Notes: generated by a model not told the origin, from the letters alone. 64,000 bases of DNA from Methanobacteriota archaeon (GCA_002687935.1 NZBN01000007.1:69030-133029), one strand, 5' to 3'. Numbered from the stretch's first letter, positions 27,733-37,565 are shown. Translations and numbers: made by a program.

Positions 27733-29380
27733 ACAAATATCTGGTGAAAAACTGTTTGAAGAATTCAAGACCGTCCAGCTCAGCGAATTCTTCAGAAAAA
27801 ACAGGCAATATCTTGGTTATGTCGGGAAAATAAAGTCCTTGACTACGGTTATACATGAGCTTCTGTCAAACTCTCTTGACGCCTGCGAGGAGTCTAAAAT
27901 AGTCCCTTCAATAAAAATTACAATCACAGAAATGGGAACGGAGCATTACAAAGTCCGTGTCGAGGATAATGGTCCGGGAATTCCTGAAAAACACCTTGAA
28001 AAAGTATTTGGACAGCTTCTCACAGGAACCAAATTCCACAGAAATATCCAACTAAGAGGTCAGCAGGGTCTTGGTGTTTCAGGTTGTGTTCTTTTCTCTC
28101 AGATGACTTCTGGAAAACCAACTTATGTAAAATCAGGTACTGGGAAGGGTAAAGTTGTTGAAGCCATGGTCGAACTTGACATAAAAACAAACTCTCCAAA
28201 ACTCATCGATAAGACTGTTGAAAACAGTACAATGCGCGGAACTGTCGTTGAATCAGAATTCAAAGGAGTTCAGTACACTAAAGGAATGCGCGGACCTTTT
28301 GAATATGTCCGCTGGACTGCCGCCGCAAATCCCCATGCTGAGATTATGTTCAAGGATCCGGAAGGAAATGAGATGCTCTTCGAACGTGTCATTGACAAAG
28401 TTCCAAAAGTTCCAAAAGAAATTAAGCCACATCCCTCAGGTTTAGAAGCCCACGATATCTTAGATATGGCTCTCAAGTCAAAATCACGAGCAATTTCCTC
28501 ATTTCTTACAACTGACCTTGCAAGGGTAAGTTCTGAGAAAGTCAGAGAAATTCAGTCTCGTGTTGATTTTGACCTGGCAAAAAGTCCGAAGCGTCTTGAA
28601 TGGCCAGAAGCTGAGCAAATAGTCAAATCCTTTAAGAAAATAAAGTTCATGGCACCCCCTACTGATGGTCTTATACCAATTGGAAAAGACCAGATAGAGA
28701 AGGCTCTGAATAACTTACTTTCTCCTGACTTTATAGAGGTCATTTCAAGGAAGCCAACAACATACAAGGGGGGTATTCCTTTCATAGTTGAGATAGCAAT
28801 AGCCTATGGAGGAAATTCCGGCAGAGCCACTTCATCTAAGGAAGTTCATGAAAGAAAGGTTGAAATAATGCGATTTGCCAACCGTTCCCCACTTCTTTTC
28901 GATGCTGGAGGATGCGCTCTTACAAAAGCTGTCAACTCTATAGAATGGAGGCGCTACAAACTGAAGGATATGGAAAATTCCCCTGTATCTCTTTTCATTA
29001 ATCTCATTTCGACTCATGTCCCTTACACCTCTGCAGGAAAACAGGCTGTCGCCGGCGAGGAAGAAATACTCAATGAGATAAGGATGGCGCTAATGCGTGC
29101 TTCTCGCTCTCTTCAGCGTTTCCTTTCAGGAAGAAGAAAGGCAGCTGAAATCGCAGAGAGAAAGAAGATGTATGAAAGATACATTCCAGAAACTGCCAAG
29201 GCTCTTGCAAAATTAACTGGAGGCAAGGAAGACGAGCTGGAGAAGAAGTTAAAGATATTAGTTCTTGAACGCTTCGGTGACGATGAACCGGATGAAAATG
29301 ATGAGGCAGAAGAGGATTTAGAGGAAGAGGGAGCGGCATACGACGAGATTCCTGAAGATGTATCTGAGGAGGGTGAATAA
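27725..29380 (+). CDS. top6B: DNA topoisomerase VI subunit B
   Basis: ELLSNSLDA, VEDNGPGI, GTKFH, RGQQGLG, RFANRSPLLF; acidic tail. Confidence 0.97.
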   Translation: MPEQISGEKLFEEFKTVQLSEFFRKNRQYLGYVGKIKSLTTVIHELLSNSLDACEESKIVPSIKITITEMGTEHYKVRVEDNGPGIPEKHLEKVFGQLLTGTKFHRNIQLRGQQGLGVSGCVLFSQMTSGKPTYVKSGTGKGKVVEAMVELDIKTNSPKLIDKTVENSTMRGTVVESEFKGVQYTKGMRGPFEYVRWTAAANPHAEIMFKDPEGNEMLFERVIDKVPKVPKEIKPHPSGLEAHDILDMALKSKSRAISSFLTTDLARVSSEKVREIQSRVDFDLAKSPKRLEWPEAEQIVKSFKKIKFMAPPTDGLIPIGKDQIEKALNNLLSPDFIEVISRKPTTYKGGIPFIVEIAIAYGGNSGRATSSKEVHERKVEIMRFANRSPLLFDAGGCALTKAVNSIEWRRYKLKDMENSPVSLFINLISTHVPYTSAGKQAVAGEEEILNEIRMALMRASRSLQRFLSGRRKAAEIAERKKMYERYIPETAKALAKLTGGKEDELEKKLKILVLERFGDDEPDENDEAEEDLEEEGAAYDEIPEDVSEEGE

Positions 29381-29382
29381 TT

Positions 29383-30501
29383 ATGGCAGCAAAAAATAAG
29401 GACAAAAAATTTGATGAGAAAATTAAGAAAGAGTCCTTGGACTCAATAAGCGGTTTCGGCAAGAAAATTGTTGCCGCTGTGGAGAACAAAAATCCCCCTG
29501 TCTTTGAGATACCACTTCGTTCAAAGACAAACATAAGTTTTGATGAAAAACAGAAAATCCTTGTTCTCGGAGACAAGAAATCAAGCAGGCGTTTCCTTAA
29601 TGTTGCTCACGCAAGAAAGTTCATGCAGTCAGCTTTGATAGCTTCTGCTTGCAAGGAATACATTGAACACGACAGAACAGTCGGAAAACGTGAGTTGTAT
29701 TACAACTTGAAACATTCTCTTCCAAACTCTAAAGAGAATACGTTTGAAGACGATATAGAGTCCGGAACAGTTCTCAATGACCTTGAAGCATCAATGGGAG
29801 TTCTTAGAGAACGTCTCCACATAGAGGCAAAAGCCCGCGGTTCTATCTATGGAGATATCACTCTTAGTCAGGCAGGGGATACATTCGACTGCAGTAAACT
29901 TGGAAGAGGCGGATGGGCAATTCCTGGGTATACAGAAGACGTTGATATTGTAAACTATAAAGCGGACTTCATTCTTGCAATAGAGAATGACGCAATGATG
30001 TCCCGTCTTATACAGGAAAAAGTCTATAAGAATTTGAATTGTCTCCTCATCACTGGTGAAGGTATGTTTCCGCGCGGTGTAAGGCGCTTCATCAAGCTTC
30101 TTAACGAGAAACTAAAACTTCCTGTCATATCATTCGTTGACGGAGATCCTTACGGATTTTACATATATTCCGTTCTGAAATACGGTTCCATCGAACTTGC
30201 GCATCTTTCAGAAAGGTATGCAGTTCCAAATACTCGCTATGTTGGTATGACAATGGATGACATAGAAACTTATGAGCTTCAGAATGTTACGGAACAGCTC
30301 AAGGAAGTTGACAAGAAGCGAATAAAAGAGGAGCTAGGTTATATGTGGTTCAAGAACAATCCGGCTTGGGTAAGGCAGCTCAATAAGATGCTTGAGATGG
30401 GTGTCAGAATAGAACAGCAGGCTCTCGCAAACAAGAGTCTGGACTTCGTCGCAAAGAAGTATCTTCCTGAGAAAATAAATGAAGAAAAATTCCTGGACTG
30501 A
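29383..30501 (+). CDS. top6A: DNA topoisomerase VI subunit A
   Basis: RELYY catalytic Tyr, LAIENDA Toprim, GEGMFPR, DGDPYG, IEQQAL. Confidence 0.97.
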   Translation: MAAKNKDKKFDEKIKKESLDSISGFGKKIVAAVENKNPPVFEIPLRSKTNISFDEKQKILVLGDKKSSRRFLNVAHARKFMQSALIASACKEYIEHDRTVGKRELYYNLKHSLPNSKENTFEDDIESGTVLNDLEASMGVLRERLHIEAKARGSIYGDITLSQAGDTFDCSKLGRGGWAIPGYTEDVDIVNYKADFILAIENDAMMSRLIQEKVYKNLNCLLITGEGMFPRGVRRFIKLLNEKLKLPVISFVDGDPYGFYIYSVLKYGSIELAHLSERYAVPNTRYVGMTMDDIETYELQNVTEQLKEVDKKRIKEELGYMWFKNNPAWVRQLNKMLEMGVRIEQQALANKSLDFVAKKYLPEKINEEKFLD

Positions 30502-30637
30502 TTATAGCAAAAAAGAATGAGTTATTTGGGTTTAAGTAAAGTATTTTAAGCTGTTAATTTATGAATTCATTCTATTATCTTAAATAATGCCTCTGCCTAT
30601 CTGACGATGGGCTAAATAGGCATATCATAGATAAAGT

Positions 30638-30709
30638 GCCCCTGTAGCTCAGCGGTAGAGCGTGTGGCTGTTAACCACAAGGTCGCAGGTTCGAATCCTG
30701 CCGGGGGCG
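30638..30709 (+). tRNA. tRNA-Asn(GTT)
   Basis: GCCCCTG/CGGGGGC acceptor, TGTGG-CTGTTAA-CCACA anticodon arm, GGTTCGAATCC; CCA not encoded. Confidence 0.97.
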
Positions 30710-30821
30710 CTCGTTTTATTAAATATAAACTCCGTTAACAACTTATCAAATAAAAAAAATATTCGCCCCGTAAAAGTTGTTTAGACTTTAACAGGGCGTA
30801 TTTTAACTAAAATTAGTAAAC

Positions 30822-30965
30822 TTAGTAGTTCCTTCGCTTTGAGAAGCAATCCCTGCAATATACAGGCCTATCTTCTGCCGGCTTGAATGGAACTTCACAT
30901 TCGTTCTTGCACTCAGCGCATGTTGCCTTATGCATTTCTCTCTGTGGTCTTTCAAATTCTGCCAT
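30822..30965 (-). CDS. CxxC-x17-CxxC small zinc-ribbon protein (47 aa; not in ORF track)
   Basis: Hand translation MAEFERPQREMHKATCAECKNECEVPFKPAEDRPVYCRDCFSKRRNY; AGGAGG SD upstream. Confidence 0.9.
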   Translation of the reverse strand: MAEFERPQREMHKATCAECKNECEVPFKPAEDRPVYCRDCFSKRRNY

Positions 30966-31101
30966 GATATCTATCCTCCTATATGACTTATAGCTACTTT
31001 ATCTGCAGTTTGGGGTTTATTAAGCTTTGTATGCGCCTTCATTTTGATATTGAAAGGAATCAAAGGTCTCAAAACCCCTCCAACTTAATTTAGAGCTACA
31101 C

Positions 31102-31386
31102 TTATTGTTCAAAATCCATCTCTCGTTTTCCAAGTCTTTTTGCAGCCAAATTGTATAGAATTGCACCAACAAGCCCTGTAACAAAACCAAAGACTGCAAA
31201 ATATAATGGCATGACTGGAATTGCAATATAGGCAAGTATCGTTCCTTTGTTCAGACCAATTGTCTGCAAGTCATAAAAAGTCCCACCCACAGAATATATC
31301 AGGCCTGCAATTATTCCAGCAAATGCCATTACAATGGCCTGGAATTTTGCATAGGAAAACACTTTGATTTTTTTAACTTTTGCCAT
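31102..31386 (-). CDS. Small two-TM membrane protein (DUF3566-like)
   Basis: 94 aa, KKIKVFSYAK start, two hydrophobic helices, ILYNLAAKRLG end; family call tentative. Confidence 0.6.
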   Translation of the reverse strand: MAKVKKIKVFSYAKFQAIVMAFAGIIAGLIYSVGGTFYDLQTIGLNKGTILAYIAIPVMPLYFAVFGFVTGLVGAILYNLAAKRLGKREMDFEQ

Positions 31387-31439
31387 AGTAACTCATCATA
31401 AATTAAAATAATAAATATTTTTAAAATTTCATACAGAAT

Positions 31440-31655
31440 TTATGTTATTGACTTTATTGTGTTCTGAGTCAGCCAGAGAATGAAAAAACCACTTACTAAT
31501 GTCGTTAAGTGGCTTAGAAGATACTTCTCTGGAAATATGTAATTGTCCATCAGTCCCCAAAGACCTCTCCAGACGCCTATTATTGCGACAACTATGAGGC
31601 TCCCGAAAAGAACTCTGTGGTGCCTCTGGAGTTTCCAGAACTTTCTGTGAACCAT
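31440..31655 (-). CDS. Small membrane protein
   Basis: 71 aa; GVWRGLWGLMDNYIFP motif and two TMs. Confidence 0.65.
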   Translation of the reverse strand: MVHRKFWKLQRHHRVLFGSLIVVAIIGVWRGLWGLMDNYIFPEKYLLSHLTTLVSGFFILWLTQNTIKSIT

Positions 31656-31686
31656 AATTTCCTTTAATAAATAAGCCTATAAATAA

Positions 31687-32289
31687 TTATTCTGAATCAG
31701 CTTTCAGATATTTTTGTATTTTTTTGTAATCTTCCTGTGTCAATTCATTATTTTTTAGTCCGTATTCCAGTGTTTCACTGAGTGTTGCGAGTGAGTGGAG
31801 TTCAATTCCCAGATTTTTCAGCCTCTTACGACCTCCCTGCTCTCTGTCGAAAACTACAAGACAGTGTTCCACAGTCGCGCCTGAATTTCTAATTCCTTCT
31901 ACAAAAGAGTCTTTACTGTATCCGCTCGTTATTAGATCCTCAACCAAAAGTACTTTCTTCCCTGCATCCATCGAACCCTCAATTTGCGATGTTCTTCCAT
32001 AACCCTTCGGTCTCCGTCTAATGTAGGTCATTGGAACTTTAGTTCTTGCAGATATCCAGGTCGCATATGGGATCCCTGCAGTTTCTCCGCCAGCAAGTAT
32101 CTCAGTTCCAGTTTCCTTCACTATTTTTGCTGCTTCGTCTGCTATGAGGTCCATAACATCCGGATATGATATTAGTGAGCGACAGTCGATGTATATTGGA
32201 CTTTTATGTCCGGATGCAAGTTCAAAGCCCTCATCTGTCGATACAAGAATCGCTCCATACTCCCAAATTTTTTCAACTATACTATTCAT
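31687..32289 (-). CDS. pyrE: Orotate phosphoribosyltransferase
   Basis: FELASGHKSPIYIDCR, GGETAGIP, YIRRRPKGYG, VEDLITSG, FDREQGG. Confidence 0.93.
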   Translation of the reverse strand: MNSIVEKIWEYGAILVSTDEGFELASGHKSPIYIDCRSLISYPDVMDLIADEAAKIVKETGTEILAGGETAGIPYATWISARTKVPMTYIRRRPKGYGRTSQIEGSMDAGKKVLLVEDLITSGYSKDSFVEGIRNSGATVEHCLVVFDREQGGRKRLKNLGIELHSLATLSETLEYGLKNNELTQEDYKKIQKYLKADSE

Positions 32290-32990
32290 CGTTTTTCATA
32301 ACCTCTCAGTGCACTCTCATATATCTCATCTACGACTTTCAACGGGTCTTCGGAAAGATAGATTGCCCTTCCTACAATTGGATAGTCTGTTCCTGCTTTA
32401 ACTGCTTTCTCTGCCTGACCGCCTTGACTTCCTATTCCTGGTGACATTATCTTTGCTCCTGAACCTGACTCGTCAATCCAGTTTCTGTATTCTCTAAGTC
32501 TTTCGTATTTATTTCCTGGTGCGACAATATTCTTCACTCCAAGCTCCATAATATGATCAAAAATTTTTCTAGCAGTATCTTCTTTGTGATAATCATGAGC
32601 TCCTACATGAGTCATTTCAAGAAGTACAATTGGTTCAATTCCTGCACTTTTACAACTGGTGCAGAATCTCTCCAGTGACTTTGGACCTGCTCCGTGCGGA
32701 ACCCCTATTACTGCATCTATACCACAGTCAGAAGCCAGAAGAACCTGCCTTTCAACAATGTCTGGTATGTCACTGCATCCTTTCTGGTGGTCATAAATCA
32801 GTGGAAAGTCGGAAACTTCCTTCAACATTTTTATTGTTCCCCTGAGTCCAGTATCCATTGCATGGAGTGAGCCGACTTTCAGAGCTCCAATCTTGTCTCT
32901 TACAGGAAGTAATTTCTCTGCAAGTTGAACAGCCTCATTTGGCGCAATGTCTGCAGATACTATTATCTTCGGAGTTTTCCCAAAGTCCAT
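32286..32990 (-). CDS. pyrF: Orotidine 5'-phosphate decarboxylase (OMPDC/HUMPS family, variant motif)
   Basis: IIVSAD, LKVG, YDHQKGCSDIP, SPGIGSQGG, IVGRAIY; overlaps pyrE start by 4 nt. Confidence 0.8.
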   Translation of the reverse strand: MDFGKTPKIIVSADIAPNEAVQLAEKLLPVRDKIGALKVGSLHAMDTGLRGTIKMLKEVSDFPLIYDHQKGCSDIPDIVERQVLLASDCGIDAVIGVPHGAGPKSLERFCTSCKSAGIEPIVLLEMTHVGAHDYHKEDTARKIFDHIMELGVKNIVAPGNKYERLREYRNWIDESGSGAKIMSPGIGSQGGQAEKAVKAGTDYPIVGRAIYLSEDPLKVVDEIYESALRGYEKR

Positions 32991-33023
32991 TTTGTCTAAT
33001 TCCTTGTGTTACTATATATCGTT

Positions 33024-33500
33024 TTAGAACATTAAGGTCGCAAGTATGTCTGCAAAAGAGTATATTACGAAAATCTCAAGCCCGAGCTTTCCAAGGTTCC
33101 CATACTCCTTGAAAATATGTTTGTTTCTTCTGTAAGCCAGACCAAGTTCAATAACAACAAAGAATGAGAGAAGAAATATTGCCATTGACTGCGGGTTCAG
33201 ACTTATGAATCCAGTTTTTGTTGCAACATCGGTTCCGACTACAGTTGTTCCGTATCTTGCAGAGAGTCTTCCACTTAGTCCTCTCCCTAAAAGGGCTGCT
33301 TCTCCTACAAAAAGTCTCCTTGTGGCAAGTTTTCCAGCGAGTTTAACCCAATATTTTCTGGCAATGTGGGGTATCACAGAAAGCATACGCTTTGGAGCCA
33401 TTCCCCAGTGAAGGATTACTTCTTTTTGCTGATAAATTATATAGTGAAGTAGCCATGCAATTCCTGTTGCCGCTCCAATATATTGAATAAATCCTGTCAT
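33024..33500 (-). CDS. Hypothetical membrane protein inside the PPP/pyr operon
   Basis: 158 aa, 3 hydrophobic segments, basic central region; start overlaps tal stop by 4 nt. Confidence 0.6.
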   Translation of the reverse strand: MTGFIQYIGAATGIAWLLHYIIYQQKEVILHWGMAPKRMLSVIPHIARKYWVKLAGKLATRRLFVGEAALLGRGLSGRLSARYGTTVVGTDVATKTGFISLNPQSMAIFLLSFFVVIELGLAYRRNKHIFKEYGNLGKLGLEIFVIYSFADILATLMF

Positions 33501-34141
33501 TTTTTTCGGTTTTTCCAGTCCTCAAGGAATTTCTCAAGCCCTGCATCTGTCAGTTCGTGTTTTGCAAGATTTTCAAGAACTTTCATAGGAACTGTTGAAA
33601 CATGAGCTCCTGCAAGAGCTGCCTGCAGTACATGCTCTTCACTGCGGATACTCGCTACAAGAACTTCCGTTTCAAGCCCATAATTTTGATATATCTGAAC
33701 AATATCTCTGATTAGCTGCATTCCGTCTTCTCCTCTGTCATCCAGCCTTCCGACAAAGGGACTGACATAACTTGCGCCTGCTTTTGCCGCCAGAAGTGCC
33801 TGATTTGCCGAGAAAACAAGAGTTACGTTAGTTCTTATTCCCTTTGAGCTCAGTTCCTTCGTAGCAGCCAGACCTTCAAGAGTCATAGGTATTTTTACAA
33901 CAGCATTTCCTCTCAGCTTGGCTATTTCGTAGGCTTCCTTCAACATTCCCTCGGTGTCTGTGCTAATTACTTCAATACTGACTGGCCAGTCTGACTCAGA
34001 AAGTATATCTTTGACAGTTTCATCTCTTCCTTTTTCCATTTTTGCAAGAAGGGAGGGATTTGTTGTTACTCCGTCAACTATTCCGTAGGATTTTGCCTTC
34101 CGTATTTCCTCAATATCTGCGCTGTCTATAAAGAATTTCAT
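33497..34141 (-). CDS. tal: Transaldolase (FSA/TalC-type)
   Basis: [47 protein letters not shown]. Confidence 0.93.
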   Translation of the reverse strand: MKFFIDSADIEEIRKAKSYGIVDGVTTNPSLLAKMEKGRDETVKDILSESDWPVSIEVISTDTEGMLKEAYEIAKLRGNAVVKIPMTLEGLAATKELSSKGIRTNVTLVFSANQALLAAKAGASYVSPFVGRLDDRGEDGMQLIRDIVQIYQNYGLETEVLVASIRSEEHVLQAALAGAHVSTVPMKVLENLAKHELTDAGLEKFLEDWKNRKK

Positions 34142-34150
34142 AATAATAAA

Positions 34151-35086
34151 CTATTTTACTTCCTCTTTAACCTTTTCGGCAATACTTTCCGAGTCGAGCC
34201 CATATTTCTTATATAGCTCTTCAGGACTTCCGGATTCTCCGAAAACATCCTGGACACCTATTCTGACAAGTCTCGTCGGGCATCTTTCAGAAAGAACTTC
34301 AGCAACTGCGCTTCCAAGTCCCCCAATTATGCTGTGGTCTTCTGCCGTTATTATTAATTCAGTTTCATTTGCACACTTTTCTATAAGTTCGGAGTCTATC
34401 GGTTTTATTGAGGACATATTAACCACTCTTGCTGATATTCCTTCTTTTTCAAGAATTTCAGCGGCTTTCAGAGATTCAGAAACAAGAACTCCACAAGCTA
34501 TTATTGTAAGGTCGTTTCCTTCTTTCAGAACACTTCCTTTTCCAATTTCGAATTTGTAGTTCTCATCATAAATTATTGGGGTTTTATTTCTCCCAAATCT
34601 AAGATAAAATGGTCCAGGCGTTTCAGATGCAGTAATTGTTGCCGCTTCTGCTTCCACAGAATCTGCCGGAACAATGACGCGCATATTTGGAAGAGTCCTA
34701 TATATTGCTATATCTTCAACTGTCTGAGCACTGGAACCGTCTTCTCCGGTGTGAAGTCCTGAGTGGCTTCCCATTACTTTAACGTCAAGGTTCTGCCTCG
34801 CGACGGAGTTTCGTATTTGCTCAAAGGCTCTCTCTGTAAATATTGCAAAGCTTGCAGCAAAAGCAACCTTTCCTTCAGCTGCCATCCCTGAGGCTGTGCA
34901 GATCATGTCCTGCTCGGAAATTCCAACATTAAACGAGCGCTCTGGGAGCTCTCGTTTAAATTCAGCGGTTTTGCAGGAGGCTCCAAGATCGGCTTCAAGA
35001 GAAACAACATTGTCGTTCTTCTTTCCTGCCACCAGTAGGCCTCTCCCATATCCTGTTCTAGTTGCTTCGACTGCTTCAGAGCTCAT
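34151..35086 (-). CDS. tktC: Transketolase, C-terminal subunit
   Basis: FNVGISEQDM, GSHSGLHTGEDGSSAQ, YLRFGR, EDHSIIGGLGSAVAE, DVFGESG. Confidence 0.93.
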   Translation of the reverse strand: MSSEAVEATRTGYGRGLLVAGKKNDNVVSLEADLGASCKTAEFKRELPERSFNVGISEQDMICTASGMAAEGKVAFAASFAIFTERAFEQIRNSVARQNLDVKVMGSHSGLHTGEDGSSAQTVEDIAIYRTLPNMRVIVPADSVEAEAATITASETPGPFYLRFGRNKTPIIYDENYKFEIGKGSVLKEGNDLTIIACGVLVSESLKAAEILEKEGISARVVNMSSIKPIDSELIEKCANETELIITAEDHSIIGGLGSAVAEVLSERCPTRLVRIGVQDVFGESGSPEELYKKYGLDSESIAEKVKEEVK

Positions 35087-35889
35087 TTTAGTTCCTCCAT
35101 TGCTGTTTTAAATTCTTCATCACTCGGAGCCATTCCGTGGAATTTAGGATTCAGTTCCATAAATGATACTCCATATCCTTTCTTGGTATTCGCTATAATT
35201 GCTACAGGTCCGTCAAGCTTTTTTGCCTCTTCCAATGCTGAAAGTATCTCTTCAAAATCGTGTCCGTCCTCCACTTTTATTGTATGCCAATTGAAGGACT
35301 TCCATTTTTCTGTGAATGAGCAAAGGCTCTTTGTTTTTTTCACAAAGTCATCATTCTGAATTTGATTCCTGTCAATAATTGCTATGAGGTTCTGTGTTTT
35401 CATATGTCCTGCAGTCATTGCAGCTTCCCAAACTTGTCCCTCTTGACATTCTCCGTCTCCGAGAAAGGCGTAAACATAGTGATTTTTCTTATTCAGATCT
35501 CTTGCAAGTGCCATGCCGTGAGCAAAGGACAGTCCCATGCCGAGAGAGCCGGCGGACATTTCAACTCCCGGAACTGTGATGTCAGAATGCCCCTGTAAAA
35601 GTCCTCCAAGCTTTCTAAAATTCTTAAATTCACTTTTCGGAAAGAAGCCCAGGTCTCCGAGAATCGCATACAAAACTGGGCAGGCGTGACCCTTACTATA
35701 TATTATCCTGTCCCGACTTTCGTCCTTTGGATTCGTCGGATTTACTTTTGCTGCATTATAATATAGTGAGCAAAGAAGTTCTACTGCAGAAAGTGAACCT
35801 CCGGGGTGGCCACACTTTGCATCGTAGACCATCTGAACAATGTCTCTTCGTACTTGCTTCGCCTTCTCCTTCAAAGCATCAATTTCCAT
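35083..35889 (-). CDS. tktN: Transketolase, N-terminal subunit
   Basis: GHPGGSLS, DRIIYSKGHA, LQGH, GSLGMG, GDGECQEGQVWEA TPP motif. Confidence 0.95.
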   Translation of the reverse strand: MEIDALKEKAKQVRRDIVQMVYDAKCGHPGGSLSAVELLCSLYYNAAKVNPTNPKDESRDRIIYSKGHACPVLYAILGDLGFFPKSEFKNFRKLGGLLQGHSDITVPGVEMSAGSLGMGLSFAHGMALARDLNKKNHYVYAFLGDGECQEGQVWEAAMTAGHMKTQNLIAIIDRNQIQNDDFVKKTKSLCSFTEKWKSFNWHTIKVEDGHDFEEILSALEEAKKLDGPVAIIANTKKGYGVSFMELNPKFHGMAPSDEEFKTAMEELK

Positions 35890-36538
35890 TACTTTCTCCC
35901 TTCATTTTAATTATGGCTCCAAGAGGGTCGTCAGAGCCAAATATTGCAGAGCCAGCAATTAATATATCTGCTCCAACTTCAATAATTTTTGGCGCTGTCT
36001 CTATATTTACTCCCCCGTCAACGGCTATTTCAAATTGAAAATCATTTTCCTTCCTCAACTTTTTCAATTCTTCAATCTTCGGAAGAGCTTCCGGCATAAA
36101 AAATTGTCCTCCAAATCCTGGATTTACTGACATAACAAGAACCTGCCCGACAGAGCCGAGATAGCTCTCTATTTCCGAAACTGGCGTTTCCGGATTTATT
36201 GAAATTCCTGATCTTTTATTATGGTCTTTTATATCTTGAAGAGGCTTTCCGTCCTTTATTGTTTCAGTATGTACTATTATAGTATCTGAACCTGCGAGAG
36301 CAAAAGCTTCAATATACTTTTCAGGATTTTCTATCATCAAATGCGTGTCAAGTCGCATCTCCGTAAATTTTCTTACTGACTCAACGACAGGAACACCTAT
36401 CGATATGTTTGGAACAAAATGACCGTCCATAACATCTATATGAAGTAAGTCTGTATGCTGTTCTACTATTCCTATATCCTTCCCTAAATTGGCGAAGTCA
36501 GCCGAAAGTATGGAAGGCGCTATCTTAATTTCTGCCAT
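35879..36538 (-). CDS. rpe: Ribulose-phosphate 3-epimerase
   Basis: IAPSILSADF, LHIDVMDGHFVPN, DTHLMI, MSVNPGFGGQ, VDGGV, AGSAIF; ATG 36538. Confidence 0.95.
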   Translation of the reverse strand: MAEIKIAPSILSADFANLGKDIGIVEQHTDLLHIDVMDGHFVPNISIGVPVVESVRKFTEMRLDTHLMIENPEKYIEAFALAGSDTIIVHTETIKDGKPLQDIKDHNKRSGISINPETPVSEIESYLGSVGQVLVMSVNPGFGGQFFMPEALPKIEELKKLRKENDFQFEIAVDGGVNIETAPKIIEVGADILIAGSAIFGSDDPLGAIIKMKGESNGN

Positions 36539-36602
36539 TTCCCGTGATTGTTGGGGGAAGCTCCTATATATTATTGATGTTAGGCTTTCAATAAAATATT
36601 TA

Positions 36603-36890
36603 TACCTCGACGGAAATGGCCTCAATGACCTAAGAGTAAGTCTCTTGGGTATAAGTGAGTCTGGAAAAGCTGATTTGAAGTTTGAGATTCTCGAGGAAAC
36701 AAGTCCGACATCAGCTCCTACAGAGGCTCCGTCAGCTGAAGATCTAGAAGAGGAAGTAGCCGAAGAGCCAGCCTCTGAACCTGTAACAAGTCCGGCAGAA
36801 GAGGAGCCAGTACCTTCCTCCTTACTGTGGATATTCGGAATAGTTTTGGTCGCAGCACTCTTCCTTTACTGGAAAACACAGAAGAAATAA
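36603..36890 (+). pseudogene. 5'-truncated remnant (or tail-anchored mini-protein) resembling the C-terminus of a surface protein
   Basis: Frame reads YLDGNGLNDLRVSLLGISESGKADLKFEILEE-(T/P/E-rich linker)-LLWIFGIVLVAALFLYW-KTQKK; no ATG or signal peptide between it and the divergent rpe promoter. Confidence 0.55.
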
Positions 36891-36931
36891 TCTGATTTAA
36901 AAATAATATTATTAAAAAGTCTCAGCTAGAC

Positions 36932-37162
36932 TTATTCTGAACTTTCTTTAGCTTCCTCTGCAGGCTTTTTTCCCTTCTCTTCAGGACTATCTTCTTCTTT
37001 AGGTTTGTTTGGGAACTCTGTATATCCGCAGGCTCCGCAGGACTCTCTGTCTGCGTGCTTAGCTAAGAATATTCCTGGTCCGCATCGTGGACAAATCTTA
37101 TTCTTCCTTGAGACACCTTCTGATGTATCGTAAAGTTCGTGCTTATTCCTCTTCTGCGGCAT
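36932..37162 (-). CDS. rps27ae: 30S ribosomal protein S27ae with charged C-terminal extension
   Basis: [31 protein letters not shown]. Confidence 0.93.
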   Translation of the reverse strand: MPQKRNKHELYDTSEGVSRKNKICPRCGPGIFLAKHADRESCGACGYTEFPNKPKEEDSPEEKGKKPAEEAKESSE

Positions 37163-37565
37163 TTTCTGCCTCCTTTGCCTCTTCTACAGGCTTTTCATCA
37201 GCTGGAGCGTCTTCTTTGCTTTCTTCAGTTTCCTTTGGAGCCTCTTCTTTTGGTGTTTCTTCAGATGTCGCAGAAGGCGGTTCCTCAGATTCTGGTTTTT
37301 CTTCTACAGCCTTTGTCTCTCCTTCGTATTGCTTCAAAATATCTTCTGAATTATAAACATCAACACGAGCAATTGAGTGCTTTGCACCGTAGACTTGGTT
37401 TATTTGCTGTATAACCATGAGACCTTCTTCGCATTTTAGAGCCTTGCACACCTCAGGAATAAGACTTTCCTTGCTTGCAGTAGGTCCTGGATTCTCTACA
37501 AGTATCTCGTACTCCTTCCTGCCTATAAGTTTGTTCTCTTTCTCATTAAGAATTTTAAGATTCAT
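37143..37565 (-). CDS. rps24e: 30S ribosomal protein S24e with acidic tail
   Basis: [22 protein letters not shown]; upstream of S27ae; about 60-aa Glu-rich tail. Confidence 0.9.
   Translation of the reverse strand: MNLKILNEKENKLIGRKEYEILVENPGPTASKESLIPEVCKALKCEEGLMVIQQINQVYGAKHSIARVDVYNSEDILKQYEGETKAVEEKPESEEPPSATSEETPKEEAPKETEESKEDAPADEKPVEEAKEAENAAEEE

Noticed and set aside
30586-30630. TGCCTAT...ATAGGCA inverted repeat with CTGA before tRNA-Asn as a C/D sRNA
   Set aside because: No convincing box C or guide; may be only leader or promoter sequence.
30760-30805. Imperfect inverted repeat between tRNA-Asn and the CxxC gene
   Set aside because: Most simply a terminator between convergent genes; pairing too imperfect to claim more.
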